Source: Octopus sinensis
Lineage: Eukaryota
Assembly (NCBI RefSeq): GCF_006345805.1
Contig: NW_021834875.1
Location: 1 to 47,021 of the forward strand
Length of the DNA: 47,021 bases
Direction: 5' to 3'
The translations under genes were made by a program, and so were the position numbers. The notes beneath the pieces were generated by a model, which saw only the letters and a program-made list of their open reading frames with translations, made no database searches and was not told the origin of the DNA. Below, piece by piece: positions 12,108 through 25,570 of this stretch. Numbering within the stretch: position 1 is the first letter of the stretch; each line of letters starts with the position of its first letter.

Positions 12108-13101
12108 GTGCATGTGCGTGTATGTGACTGTGTGTGTGTGTGTGTTTATGCATATACACATACATGTATACATAAATACATACATAATTATATATGAAAA
12201 CACACATACCTATGTATGATGATGGTGATGATGATGACGATGATGATAGCTGTCCACTTCTCTCCAAGAAGAGCCAACACTCACTGCTAAAAGACTTGCA
12301 TTATATATGTACACACACATATATAATATATATATATGTATATGATATATATATACATATATATATAATATTGTATGTATATGTATATGTATATGTATAT
12401 GTGTATTATATATATATATATATATATATATATTAATATATAGTATATATATATATATATATATAATATATATATATCATTCACACTACGTAGTACTTGA
12501 ATGATATTCTTAAGGCCGCAATTTACTTATACGCAGCCTCTTTCAGAGCTTGTCACTAATTCCAAATGGAAAACAGTTAACATTTTTGAAGAGGACTGGT
12601 CCCTATCTATATTTTGGCGTAAAAAATTGAGATTTGGTCCAGTAGAAAAACGTTTACATCAAAATTTGTAGCTTCATTATAGGACAATAAGTAACGCCTC
12701 CAATCAAGTTTAGATCTAAATAATTTTTCATTTTAATAGCAAATATATATTTATTTTAGCTTTTATGATAGAAGAAAGCATGAAAAATTTCATAGTTTTG
12801 GTCCCATGCAATAAGACTTCGTATCCAAAAGTTGTGGGGTAAAATATCATGAAAAAATATATATATATAAGAAAGGCAAAAAATTGGATTTAAGTATAAT
12901 TAACTTTTTTGTTTTAAAAACAAACTCTAAGTTAATTAAGCTTAAATTAAGCTTAAATTCGAGGAATTTCATGGTATCAATCTCATACAATGAAGTTTTA
13001 AGAGAAAAAAGTTATGAGTGTTTGTTTCTCAAATTTGGGGGTGATAATATATATTCACATATATAAATACACACACACACACACACACACACACAACACA
13101 C

Positions 13102-13151
<50 letters not shown>

Positions 13152-13206
13152 ATATATAACACATATACACACACACACACACATACATTATATATAAACA
13201 TATATG

Positions 13207-13370
13207 CGACGGGTCCCTTTCAGTTTCCGTCTACCAAATCCACTCACAAGATTTGGTCGGTCCCGATACTATAATAGAGTACACTCGTCCAAAGTGCAAG
13301 GCAGTGGGACTGAACCCAGAACCATGCGGTTGGGAAGCAAGCTCCTTACCACAGAGCGATGTCTGCGCCT
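13207..13370 (-). mobile_element. Family B SINE head
   Basis: Antisense of ggcgcag...tggtaag...gggttcagtcccact...ggtagacggaaactgaaa. Confidence 0.75.
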
Positions 13371-13724
13371 ATAGTATATTAGATTTTAGTGATGAATTCT
13401 CTGGAGTGTTGGTCGGAAATAAACAAGAGCAACGTTGAATCTCTTTTAATCTTTGTTGTTTATCGCGTCGAGGAGACATCATGGTGCAAATGTGAGAGTG
13501 TTCAGGTCTTTTTTTTTTTCTGCTTTCTGGTTGTTTAATGTGCGGTATACACCACCCTCACCATGCACACACACACACCACACACACACACACACACATA
13601 TTATATAGAGAGAGAGACTTATATATATATATGTTTATGTGTGGTATATATATATATATAATATATATATACACACACATAAACATATATATATATAAGT
13701 GTATAATATAATATATATAATATA

Positions 13725-13780
<56 letters not shown>

Positions 13781-13909
13781 ATATTATATATATTTAGCAA
13801 TTAAGGACAACTACTTAATAAGGAAACTTATAAGAAATTGTCAGTAGATAGCGTGAAAACCTCATAAGAGAAAAAATTTCGAAAATAATTATTTCTTATT
13901 GAACATATT

Positions 13910-14086
13910 AATTTATATATAGAGGGCATTATACATACATGCCAGAAGGCATTATACATACAAGCCACACGCTAAGAGGGACAATTAGTAGACAATTGGT
14001 AGAAATGACTAATTGTCCCTCTTAGCGTGTGGCTTGTATGTATATGCCTTCTGGCATGTATGTATAATGCCCTCTATATATAAATT
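13910..14086. repeat. Near-perfect 80-bp inverted repeat with 18-bp spacer
   Basis: Arms 13910-13989 and 14008-14086 differ by one indel. The repeat is embedded in (TA)n. Confidence 0.9.
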
Positions 14087-14589
14087 TATATATAATATAT
14101 ATATATATAATATATATATATATATATACACACATATATATAATATAACCGTTATACAGTATATAATATGCATGTAAATATGCATGAATGTTGCATATGT
14201 GTGTGTTGTGCAAGTATATATATATATATATATAATAATATATATATATACACGGATGTATGCGTATGTATTTATGTATGTGTGTATGCATGTAATTGTC
14301 GCTTACAGTTTAAGCAAGCAAACAAATAAATAAATAAATAAATAAATAATAAATAAATAAATAAATAAATATGGTGGTTGTCTCTTGTTGCAGTTGTAAA
14401 TATATTGATGCTGCACGGCATACAGCGGCGGTGACGGCGGCGACGACGGCGCCAGGGGTGGTGATGATGGTGGCGGCTGTGGAGAATGTGGTGGTGGTGG
14501 TGGTGGTGGTGGTAGTGGCGATGGTTGTCGTCGTCGTGGCTGGAGGTGAGTTGGAGAGTGGGAAACTGTGGAAGGATTTAAAAGGGAAA

Positions 14590-15030
<441 letters not shown>

Positions 15031-15423
15031 AGTAAGGTTTGAATGATACTTTTATTGCAGTTGTTTCTGTGTTTCCCTATTTTCTCGTTTTTAATCCCTT
15101 TTCTACCATTAGTTAACGCCCCCCCCCAAAAAAAAAGAAACGAAACCTTAATATTTAATGCTGGGTGGTGGCGGTAACCATGTCTCGGATGAAGGGGTCG
15201 TCGTGGTGGATGAGAGTGGTCGTATGTCGGGTGGGGGTAAAGGTGAGTGGTGGTGGTATGCTGGGTTCAAAGGAGAGAGGTATGATGGTATGTTGTGAGC
15301 GAGAGGAGGGAGGGTATTTGTCTTACCTTCTTTTTTGCCCTTTTTTGCACTACCAAATCTTGAAGCTATTTATCTTACTCTGGCCCACAGCACGCTATCA
15401 CCTCTCTCTGCCTGTGCAACTGC

Positions 15424-15826
15424 TACTATAACGGCCTCTGCTCCTCGGAACTGACTGATCCCCTGCCTCCTCCATTCCGGCACGCTTTTCTCTCCTCTTC
15501 CTCCTCTTCTTCTTCATCCTCTTTTGACAACCGCTAATGGTTTGTTTACGTCTACATTACATAATCAATTCGGCAAATGAAACAGATAAAATAAGCATCA
15601 GACTTTAAAAAAGGAATCATAAGTACTATAATGGCCTCTGCTCCTCGGAACTGACTGATCCCGTGCCTCCTCCATTCCGACACGCTTTTCTCTCCTCCTC
15701 TTCTTCTTCTTCATCTTCTTTCGACAACCGCTGATGGTTTGTTCACGTCTACATTACATAATCAATTCGGCAAATGAAACAGATAAAATAAGCATCAGAC
15801 TTTAAAAAAGAAATCATAAGTACTAA
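15424..15826 (+). repeat. 200-bp tandem duplication (2 units) including a SINE tail fragment
   Basis: tactataa.ggcctctgctcctcggaactgactgatcc occurs at 15424 and 15624. Confidence 0.9.
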
Positions 15827-16029
15827 GGTTGATTTGTTCGAATATAACCTTCTAAGGCGGTGCTCCAGCATGGCTGCAATCCAATGACTAGCATGTGTAA
15901 ACGATGCAAGAGCTAGACAGTGATGTTGCATTTAATTCATGATGCAAGATCGAACACGAGTAATTCGTGCCGAAAGTGAAAGTAGAACTGTCAAATGATA
16001 ATATTTCCTCCCGTAAATAAAATAAAATT

Positions 16030-16036
16030 AAAAAAA
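16030..16036 (-). terminator. Pol III oligo-T terminator of the tRNA-Gly gene
   Basis: T7 run on the minus strand, 8 nt past the tRNA 3' end. Confidence 0.75.
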
Positions 16037-16044
16037 TTATCTAA

Positions 16045-16116
16045 TGCGTCAGCCGGGGATCGAACCCGGACCGGCTGCTTGGGAGGCAACCATGCTAACC
16101 ATTACACCACTGACAC
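16045..16116 (-). tRNA. tRNA-Gly (anticodon CCC)
   Basis: GTGTCAGTGGTGTAATGGTTAGCATGGTTGCCTCCCAAGCAGCCGGTCCGGGTTCGATCCCCGGCTGACGCA, 72 nt. Acceptor GTGTCAG/CTGACGC, anticodon stem GTTGC/GCAGC, T stem CCGGG/CCCGG, and intact A and B boxes. Confidence 0.92.
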
Positions 16117-17128
16117 CTTACGAAATTTGGGGAATGTAATGCCAAGTTTATTTCTTTGGACGGTTCGATTTTTGTTATTGTTATTGTTACCGTTATTATT
16201 ACCGATCAATTTTTACCGAACACCGAACTGTTACTTCAAAACATCATTAACGCTGCCGTCGCCGTAGCCATCACCACACCAACACCACCACCAATACCAC
16301 CACAACAAACACTACTATCGCCATCATCATCATCATCATCATCATCACAACAAACACCATCATCCTAAACCAAGTTGTTATAACCATTCTCATCACCACC
16401 ACCACTGCCATCATTTCTCTAATATTATATCACAATATCAAAATCATCGGTAGCAGCAGAAGCAGCCGTAGCAGCAGTAATACAGCTGCCGTCACTAACA
16501 ACAATATTTACAACACCACCACCGCCGCCACTACCACCATCAGCATCAACAACTCAATACCCTCCATCACCACCACGAGCCTGAGAAGGAGCTTCTGGCT
16601 AGCAGCCCGAACAGCTAGAAATGGCAGCCAAGTTTTACTTTATAAATACGCTATCCTCTTTAAAACGTCCGGACGGTCACAGCTGAGAATACTTTTGGTC
16701 TGTAGGCTGGCTCAAGCAGGTCTGCTGACCTAGGGTTAAATGACTCCAAGACTACGATCAACAAAACAAACATCATCAGACACCAAACACCGTCAGTGCC
16801 ACCGCTTCGATCTTCATCGATATCAACAATAATAACTCGATCGGTTCGATCATCAACGCCATGACCTTCTCTACTGATGTCAACAAAGCCTTTGACAACA
16901 ACAACATCAACACGAATACTACCGGCACCGACAACTGCAATAACAATAACAACAGCAATGTTGTTGTCATCACGGCGAATGCCATTCGCTCCTATATATT
17001 AACGGTGCTACCAATATCAACAACAGCAACTCTATACTAATAAAGGATACGAGCGCCTCTGTTATAATCAACAACAGCAACAATAGACGGATGGACAAAC
17101 ATAGAGAAAGACAGATAGACAGACAGTC

Positions 17129-17184
<56 letters not shown>

Positions 17185-17989
17185 GGATAGTCAGTCAGAT
17201 AGAGAGACAAATAGATAGAGAGACAAATAGATAGAAAGACAAATAGATAGAGAGACAGACAGAGAGAGAAACAGATAGACAGATAGACAGACAGTCAGAT
17301 AGAGAGACAAAAAGACAGATAGACAGAGATAGAGAGACAGACAGACAGAGACAGACAGATAGTCAGATAGAGAGACAGACAAATAGACAGCGAGACAGAC
17401 AGACAGATAGACAGACTGACAGACAGAGTCTGTTAGACCGACAGACAGACAGACAACAATAACACAACACCATGAGATTGTCCATCACCATCGGTAACCA
17501 CCACAAATAAAAAAAAAACCACCACACTAACACCACCACCTACACCAACGATAACGACAGCGCAAACAACTACAAGAACAGCCACAACACCGCAAACAAT
17601 GACAATAACAACAACACACACAACTACAATAGCAACAACACCAAGAACAACAACAACAATAACAACAATACCGCAACCGAATACAATAACAACAATCATC
17701 ATCATTGCCATCGATATCACCAACATCATCAATAGTTTCGCCGCCACCATCACCACCATCATCATTATCATCGTCATCATCATCGTCATCATCGTCATCG
17801 TCGTCATCGTCATCATCATCATCATCACCAGCAACACCAACCACTTTAACATCCAATTTGCAACGGGCTCGTCCAATTTGCAAGAAATAGCAGCTAAATT
17901 AACCCTTCCGCTAGTACTACAACTACAACATAACTACTTCTACTACTGCTACCCGACGTCAACTTTTAACGAACACCACACGAGTTCTT

Positions 17990-18942
17990 GTGGTGTTGCT
18001 GCTGCTGCTGCTACTACTACTACCACCGCAATCACCACCACAACCACAACCACAACCACCATCACCACAACTACCACCATCACAACCACCATCACAACCA
18101 CCATAACCACAACCACCACCATCACCACAACCACCATCACCACCACAACCACCACCACCGCAATCACCACCATCACAACAACCACCACCACAACCACCAC
18201 CGCAATCACCACCACAACCACCTCCACTGCAATCACCACCACCAACAACCACCTCCACCACCAACAACACTACCACCCCAACCACAACCACCACCGCCAC
18301 AACCACCTCCACCACCACAACCACCACCACCACCACAACCACCACCACCGCCTCCACCACCACCACCACAACCACCATCACTACTACATCCACCACCGCA
18401 ATCACAACCACCACAACCACCACCATCACCACAACCACCATCACCACTACAACCACCACCACAACCATCACCACCACAATCACCACCATCACAACAACCA
18501 CCACCACAACCACCACCGCAATCACCACCACAACCACCTCCACCACCACCACCACCACCACCACCACCACCACCACAACCACAATCACTACTACATCCAC
18601 CACCGCAATCACAACCACCACAACCACCACCATCACCACAACCACCATCACCACTACAACCACCACCACAACCACCACCACCACAATCACCACCATCACA
18701 ACAACCACCACCACAACCACCACAACCACCACCGCAATCACCACCACAACCACCTCCACCACCACCAACACTACCACCCCAACCACAACCACCACCGCCA
18801 CAACCACCTCCACCACCACCACCACCACCACCACATCCACCACCGCAATCACCACCACCACCACGTGAGCTGCCGTCTCCATCATCCCTACCACCACCAT
18901 CATCACCAAGACCATCACCGCTACCACCATCATCACCACCAT

Positions 18943-18973
<31 letters not shown>

Positions 18974-19115
18974 TTCATCAGCATCATCACCACCACCATC
19001 ATCATCATCATCATCATCTTCATCAGCATCATCATCACCACCATCATCATCAACACGATCAACCCCGTTACCATTATCACCACCATCACCACGACTACTA
19101 TTACTACTACCCTCA
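17990..19115. repeat. (CAC/CAA/CAT)n low-complexity tract with higher-order internal duplications
   Basis: Trinucleotide tract in which the block cactactacatccaccaccgcaatcacaacc recurs about 210 bp apart. Confidence 0.9.
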
Positions 19116-19452
19116 CTAATGCTAATACTAACACTAGCACCATTCTATTAGTCCAATCGATATTTCTCCATATTCATCTGATCGATTTTTTTTTTTCATA
19201 TCCTAGGCATTAGTCAATTTATTTATCTAGTCATATTTTATACATTGGTTCTGTCTGTCTTTCCTTTATATCGATTTCTCCCTGACTAACAACTTAAGCA
19301 CATGCAATCTTACACACATGGAGTACGCTCATGGAGCATACACACATGGAGCATACACATACACATGGAGCAAACACATGCAATTGTTCGTTCGTACACA
19401 CGTTCTCGCAGGCCGTTCTGTCTCATTTGCTTTTTCTCTTACTTTCTCATTT

Positions 19453-19483
<31 letters not shown>

Positions 19484-19490
19484 TTCTCTT

Positions 19491-19531
<41 letters not shown>

Positions 19532-19544
19532 CTGTTCTTATCTG

Positions 19545-19605
<61 letters not shown>

Positions 19606-19698
19606 TTATCTACTTATCTATCTATCTATCTATCTATCGCATTTGCTTTTTCTCTTCCTCTTTACCTACATATATATCTACATCGATATGTATGTAGG

Positions 19699-19808
<110 letters not shown>

Positions 19809-20271
19809 TACACGCATATACATACAAACATACATACATACACACATACATACATATATAAATACGCACATATACATATACCCATACATACTCACACGCA
19901 CACATCCATCCATACATACATATATACATCCATCCATCCATCCACCCATACATATATGCCATCGCGATTCCCCACATAAATGCAAGGCATGTAATGCGTT
20001 CCTTAGTTACATACATGAATGTCAATAATACATCAATTTTTTACACGAATCATTGCCTTTTATGAGAGCCAGCTGGAGAAAGAGGGTACACCCGTGCTAG
20101 ATGTACCCAGCTTCAATTGTACGACCTTGATTTTTAAAAGCTATATAATCTTAAAAGTCATATGCACCAGCTTAAGTACCAGGAGCTGCCCCCAGTAATA
20201 CATATATACATAATACATACATACATACATACATACATACATACATACATACATACATACACACATACATG

Positions 20272-20473
20272 TGACCGCGTGTGTACCGTTGGCGATTTTT
20301 TTCCTCTGTCTTCCATTCTCTGGATCTTTCCTTCTCCTATGTTTCCGACGAAGAGCTCCGCTCGAAACGTTAAGCCCTCCTTCCCTTCCTTCCTGAGCGT
20401 CCAATAATACTATATTTGTTCCACGTCATCGCGTTGTTGTGTTTTCTCTTTGTGTTTTCATGTTTGAATTAAC

Positions 20474-20474
<1 letters not shown>
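20272..20474 (+). mobile_element. ~205-bp HHR-bearing element (Penelope pLTR-like), copy 1
   Basis: Homologous end to end with 29128-29332. HHR at 20341-20375 has core CCGACGA (U4C). Flanked by (CATA)n. Confidence 0.75.
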
Positions 20475-20505
<31 letters not shown>

Positions 20506-20539
20506 CATACATACATACATACATACATACATACATACA

Positions 20540-20570
<31 letters not shown>

Positions 20571-20872
20571 CTCTCTCCAGACTATGAATTCATATTCATA
20601 CCAATAATAATTGGAGCACTAGGTTTTCTTAGTAAATACTTAAAGAAGTATCTGGATAAACTGGGATTTTCAGAAAGAGAAATCGACCAGCTAATTCGTA
20701 CATTACAATTGCAATCTGTGAGTGGAACAGTAAAAATATGCAAGACTTTTCTCAAGTTCCAAATGTGAATTTGTCTATGTTAACTACATCCCAAAGATGA
20801 AGCCTTGTATCTTTGTTGGAAACCGGCTCCCTCCTCAGTGGAAGATTTATAATAATTTTAAAGTAGAAGAGA
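20571..20872 (+). mobile_element. 5'-truncated R4/Dong-like (restriction-like endonuclease) non-LTR retrotransposon 3' end
   Basis: PDYEFIFIPIIIGALGFLSKYLKKYLDKLG...LQLQSVSGTVKICKTFLKFQM* (stop at 20768) matches the 'PI.IGALG...LQ..V..GT..I' C-terminus of REL-type LINEs. About 100 bp of 3' UTR follows, with (CATA)n on both sides. Confidence 0.7.
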
Positions 20873-20917
20873 CACACATACATACATACGCCGCCGCCAC
20901 CACCACTACCAGATAAG

Positions 20918-21075
20918 ATCGACCCTAGTACGCAACTGATGCTTAATTTATTGACCCCTAAAAGATGAAAGGCAAAGTCGACCTCAGCGGAATTTGAACT
21001 CAGAACGTAAAGACAGACGAAATATCACTAAGCATTTCGCCCGACGTGCTAAAGTTTCTGCCAGCTCGCCGCCTT
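20918..21075 (-). mobile_element. Family A SINE, partial
   Basis: Antisense head ...tttctgccagctcgccgcc ending at ~21074. Confidence 0.85.
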
Positions 21076-21179
21076 ACAAAGCTAACTATGTAATGTCACA
21101 AACAATCAGCAAATAATTTGTTAGTTAAAGTTATATGCAACAAGCAATATGAATCGGCGTTACCGGGTCATAGTGCTAG
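21076..21179 (+). mobile_element. Helitron 3' terminus fragment
   Basis: Small hairpin cggcgttaccg followed by CTAG|T at 21176-21180. The start coordinate is approximate. Confidence 0.45.
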
Positions 21180-21199
21180 TGCATGCATATACAGCTGCG

Positions 21200-21504
21200 T
21201 GCGTGCGCACATACACGTGAGTACTGTCCAAATCTCCGACCAATCACATACAGCTAGCTGGCATTCAATTGGCGTATCAAATTTCGGGCATTTTGATTGG
21301 GTTTTGGATAGAAAATTCACAAAAAGTCACTTCTATTCATTTTTTTAATGGCTTTGTGGGGTGACTGGGGAAATGTAAAGATGTGCACGACCACCATTGG
21401 ACGGTTTTGAATGACCATAGAAAGTGCGAGCCCTCTAACCGAAAAATTGTGGATTTGTATAAAGGACACGCACAGAGACATTTTGCCGTTTATATATAGA
21501 GAGA
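21200..21504 (-). mobile_element. Helitron 5' portion
   Basis: The end tgccgtttatatatagagagat matches the 5' terminus of the Helitron at 39994. The left boundary is approximate. Confidence 0.55.
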
Positions 21505-21846
21505 TATAAACAAAATTTTTTTTAAACTCTTGTTAGATTCATTAATCCGGGTTAGCTTTGGTCGAGGAGACAATAAGGTCGATACACCGGGTGTCCCAGG
21601 GGCCCTTGACCCGAACGAATGGAGTGTGTTATGAGTATACATTCGTCACGAAGGAGAAGTTATTCCCCAATCACAAAATACAACAGCGGTCAGCATATTC
21701 ACGTTCGAATATGTCGGAACGTATTAAAAATGGAAACGCATGTCATCATTTTGTCGGTTATTGATTATGCAGTTTCGATACAAAATGTGGGAATTATATC
21801 CAGGATGTTGAATGTACCTTTTTTTTTTAATACAGTATATATCTAT

Positions 21847-22016
21847 GCGCAGGAGTGGCTGTGTGGTAAGTAGCTTGCTTACCAACCACATGGTTCCAGG
21901 TTCAGTCCCACTGCGTGGCACCTTGGGTAAGTGTCTTCTACTATAGCCTCGGGCCGACCAAAGCCTTGTGAGTGGATTTGGTAGACGGAAACTGAAAGAA
22001 GCCCGTCGTATATATG

Positions 22017-22064
<48 letters not shown>

Positions 22065-22257
22065 TGTGTCTGTGTTTGTCCCCCTAGCATTGTTGACAAT
22101 CGATGCTGGTGTGTTTATGTCCCCGTCACTTAATGGTTCGGCAAAAGAGACCGATAGAATAAGTACTGGGCTTACAAAGAATAAGTCCCGGGGTCGAGTT
22201 GCTCGACTAAAGGCGGTGTTCCAGCATGGCCGCAGTCAAATGACTGAAATAAAAGAG
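21847..22257 (+). mobile_element. Family B SINE, full length with internal (TA)/(TG)n
   Basis: gcgcaggagtggctgtgtggtaag (A box), ggttcagtccc (B box), and 3' part ...gcatggccgcagtcaaatgactgaaa. Confidence 0.9.
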
Positions 22258-22317
22258 TATAAATTAGAAGGTATTTGAAAGAAAATGAAAAAAAATACTG
22301 AATTATATAATCTAGTT

Positions 22318-22526
22318 CAGTGGTTGGGGAACTTTTTTCCCCAGTTACCCCAAAATATATTTATTTACACCAACGTTACCCCTTTGATTCGAATGGAAGA
22401 AAACCATAGATGACAGAAAGCACGTTTTTTTGTATAATTTTACTAATGTCTCATGGAACCTCATTACCACCAAGAATTTCATACTTACTCCACTTGGAGT
22501 AATCTACCTGGGTTTGCCGACCCCTG
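22318..22526. mobile_element. hAT (Charlie-like) MITE, decayed
   Basis: Imperfect TIRs cagtggttggggaac / gtttgccgacccctg. The target duplication is only partial (atctagtt/atctcaaa). Confidence 0.5.
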
Positions 22527-23180
22527 ATCTCAAATAAACCATTTCCGAAGATACAGAAGAATACTCTTGATTCAGGCCGACCTGAAGCTGTTATGTTTCT
22601 TCAGTTTTAGGCTTTTGGAGACATAAAACTGGTCATCTGACTTCAGGGCACAAAAAATAAATCATTTCTGAAAATACGAAGCAACCATATCTGGAATACA
22701 TCTGATTATAAATCTCTTAGGTCAGGCTGAACTGCGGTTAAATTACAATAGACGTATCCATAACAATGAAATCACAGACATATTGTATCATTTAAATATT
22801 TGAAAAACCAATCACATCAGCAGGGAAATTCTATACGACTAAAATGATTTCAGAAAGGTTTTTCTTTTTTTTTTAATTGAAAATGTTGTTTCAAAGAGAA
22901 TAATCTTCCTTTGCCTGCCGAAAATTGCATTGCATACAATGAGTAGCAATCAATTCCGTCAATACTGAAAGAAGGTACTGAAGGTTACCCCTGTGACATA
23001 TAATAACTGATGGTGGTGGTGGTGGTGGTAGCAGCAGCGATGGCGGTTGTGCTGTTGTCGATGTCCTTGGCGTCATTGCTGTTGTCTTTGTTTATAACCC
23101 GAATTATATTGTCCAGATTCTGTTCGCCTTTTTAAAACGGCGTAGTTTCATTTGAGAGAGACGGAGGTAACATATATATA

Positions 23181-24628
23181 CTAGCAGTATCGCCCGGCGT
23201 TTGCTCGGGTTTGTTTCGACCCGCTGGAATTGTAATTTTGAAAAGTAAAAATTTTGTGAACATTTTTCTGGTCGAAATACACCGAAAGTGGCGACACAGC
23301 AGTGAAAAATCGTAAAAAATAGGGATTTTCATAGAAAAAAAGCATCTTTTTGATGTGTAAATAATTTTTGGTGTGTTAAACATGGTCCGATTTGATTTTA
23401 TGTTCTACGGAAGGAAGAGCAACCCTTCTTCTACCATACTCTCAATTTTGGTCAATTGCGCCGCAGGGTCTCGGAGGAGATAGTGTTAGTTGAAGGTTAC
23501 CATTGTAGGGGCCTGAGTAACAACCTCGCGGATTACAGATAAATGAATTAATTACTATTTTACAGAAAAATTAAATAATTCTTGAAATTAATTAATATAA
23601 TATTTTTTGAACAAAGTAAATAATTTTTAAAACTTAAATAATAATTTTTTTTACACAAACGCGAACGGGGAAAGGGGGTGGCGAATTCGATTTACATACC
23701 TAAATTTTTTCTTTTTCATGACATTGTAGCAAAATAGTAGTGAATTATATAAATACCAGCAGTACATTTTTTTTCTGGGGTATTTTTTTTCAACTCGTCA
23801 CATATTTGCCCCTTTCAATTTAAACAAAGTCTTAATTAAGCAATTACGGCAGCTAGCAATGGTTTCAATACAGGCGTGACATCTGTATCTCAATTGTTCA
23901 AAACCCTTCGAATATTTTCGCACGTGATGATATCATAGTGAAAACTTCAGTTATTCTGTCTTTCACTCTGTCTGTCTCTTTACACACACTAACAAAGCAC
24001 TTCACTTACACAACCACACTTTCTGTGTCGCACAACCCATCAAACACACACACACACACCACACACAACACACACACTCACGCACCGCACACATGTACAT
24101 CAATGCTTTCGGAGTGAAATGTAAAATATTGAGTTTTCTCGAATTTTGTCTTAATTGGGGGTGAAATTGAAAGAATATATATATGGCATGAGCGAATGGA
24201 GTACTTTGAAAAATCTTAGGTAAATTCTAATTGAAGAAATGTGTGTGAGGAGTAATCGTTATGTATTTATTTGTGTTCTGTTGCTGTGTTTTTTTTATTT
24301 TTTGAGTAGTGGTTTAAATACTTTCAGTTTAGTCTTCCTCAAATCACTCTGTCGCTATTACTTTCATTTTATTCGTTGCACAATGTGTGTGTGCGTTTGC
24401 GTGTGCTGTAAACCAGACTAAGAAAAGCATTTGACATACACACCAGAATGTGAGTTTTCTGTAAATTTTGCTTAATTGGAGTTTAAATTTTAAAAACTGG
24501 ACCTGGCATGACCCGATGCATTCTACTCTTAAAAATACTAGGTAAATTGTAATTGAAGAAATCCTATATTGTAGATTTGTATAACTGACAAAGGGAGGCA
24601 GATAAAATCTGCCTTTTATAATAAGAGA
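23181..24628 (-). mobile_element. Non-autonomous Helitron (1448 bp)
   Basis: On the minus strand: A|TCTCTTATTATAAAAGGCAG 5' end, 3' hairpin CCCGAGCAAACGCCGGG, then CTAG|T. AT target with no TSD. Confidence 0.85.
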
Positions 24629-24949
24629 TTCTAACGGGTCTGGCAAACGTGTAGAAGCTTCCATATTTTGCACGTAATATCAGCAGCTGTGTTACCCTGA
24701 ACTTTATGACGAGTTCTGCATATTTTATGTGCGCTGGGATTTTACGAGTGTGTTCAACGGTGGAATGCGTGTTGTTGGGGTATTTAACATCACACATTTC
24801 CTTAATCTGCTGCTTCAGGTATCTAAAAGAAATCTAATTTATGATATAACTCTCAATTAAGATACGATTACCAGATATATTTCATACTCCATAGAAAGCA
24901 GGACAGCTGTTAAAATACTCTGTATTATGTCTTATCCAGTATATTTAAC

Positions 24950-25570
24950 TGGCACTCCGTCGGTTTCGACGAAGCGTGTTCCAGTTGATCCGATCATTCG
25001 TGAAATTAACGTGCAAGCGGCTGAATACTCCATAAACGTAAGTCTCGGGGAGATTCGGAGTGATACAGAATGCGACAAGGCTGGCCCTTTTGAATTACAG
25101 GTTTGTTGTTTGTTCCTTCTCGAGCAATGCCTGGCTCATAGGGCTGGTTTCCCGGTTTCCTCGGCGTATAGGTTCCCCACCTGGACGGGACGCCGGTCCG
25201 TCGCAGGTGAGCTGCAAGATGCAGGAGGAAAGAGTGAGAGAAAGTTGTGGCAAAAGAGTCAGCAGAAGTTCACCATTACCTTCTGCCGGAACCGCTTGGA
25301 GCTTAGGTGTTTCGCTCATAAACACACACATCGCCCGGTCTGAGATTCGAACCCACGATCCCTCGACCGCGAATCCGCTGCTCTAACCACTAGGCCACGT
25401 GCCTCCACTTTTGAATTACAGGTATAATTCATTTTTTTTTTTGCTAGCTAAGTAGACCAGAGCAACGTAAAATGAAATACCTTGTTCAACGACACAACGC
25501 GATGCAAGGAATCGAACTCACAACCATACGATCGTGAGTCGACTTCCCCGACCACTAAGTCACGCGCCTA
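24950..25570 (-). mobile_element. Family C SINE interrupted by a nested SINE
   Basis: Homologous to 6140-6467 on both sides of the insert. Confidence 0.75.
25103..25407 (-). mobile_element. tRNA-derived SINE, family D, complete with 16-bp TSD
   Basis: Head GGCACGTGGCCTAGTGGTTAGAGC...GGTTCGAATC and an (AAC)-rich tail. TSD cttttgaattacaggt at 25087-25102 and 25408-25423. Confidence 0.9.

Noticed and set aside
13850-13895. Hammerhead at gtgaaaacctcataagagaaaa
   Set aside because: Positions 3 and 8 cannot pair and there is no convincing stem I.
17599-19151. Poly-His/Thr/Pro/Val ORFs (mucin- or histidine-rich-like)
   Set aside because: Open in several frames and on both strands over a trinucleotide tract, with no supporting unique domain.
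25330-25407. tRNA gene
   Set aside because: It has A and B boxes but poor acceptor and anticodon pairing, and continues into a SINE body with a TSD. The same applies to the family A, B and C heads.
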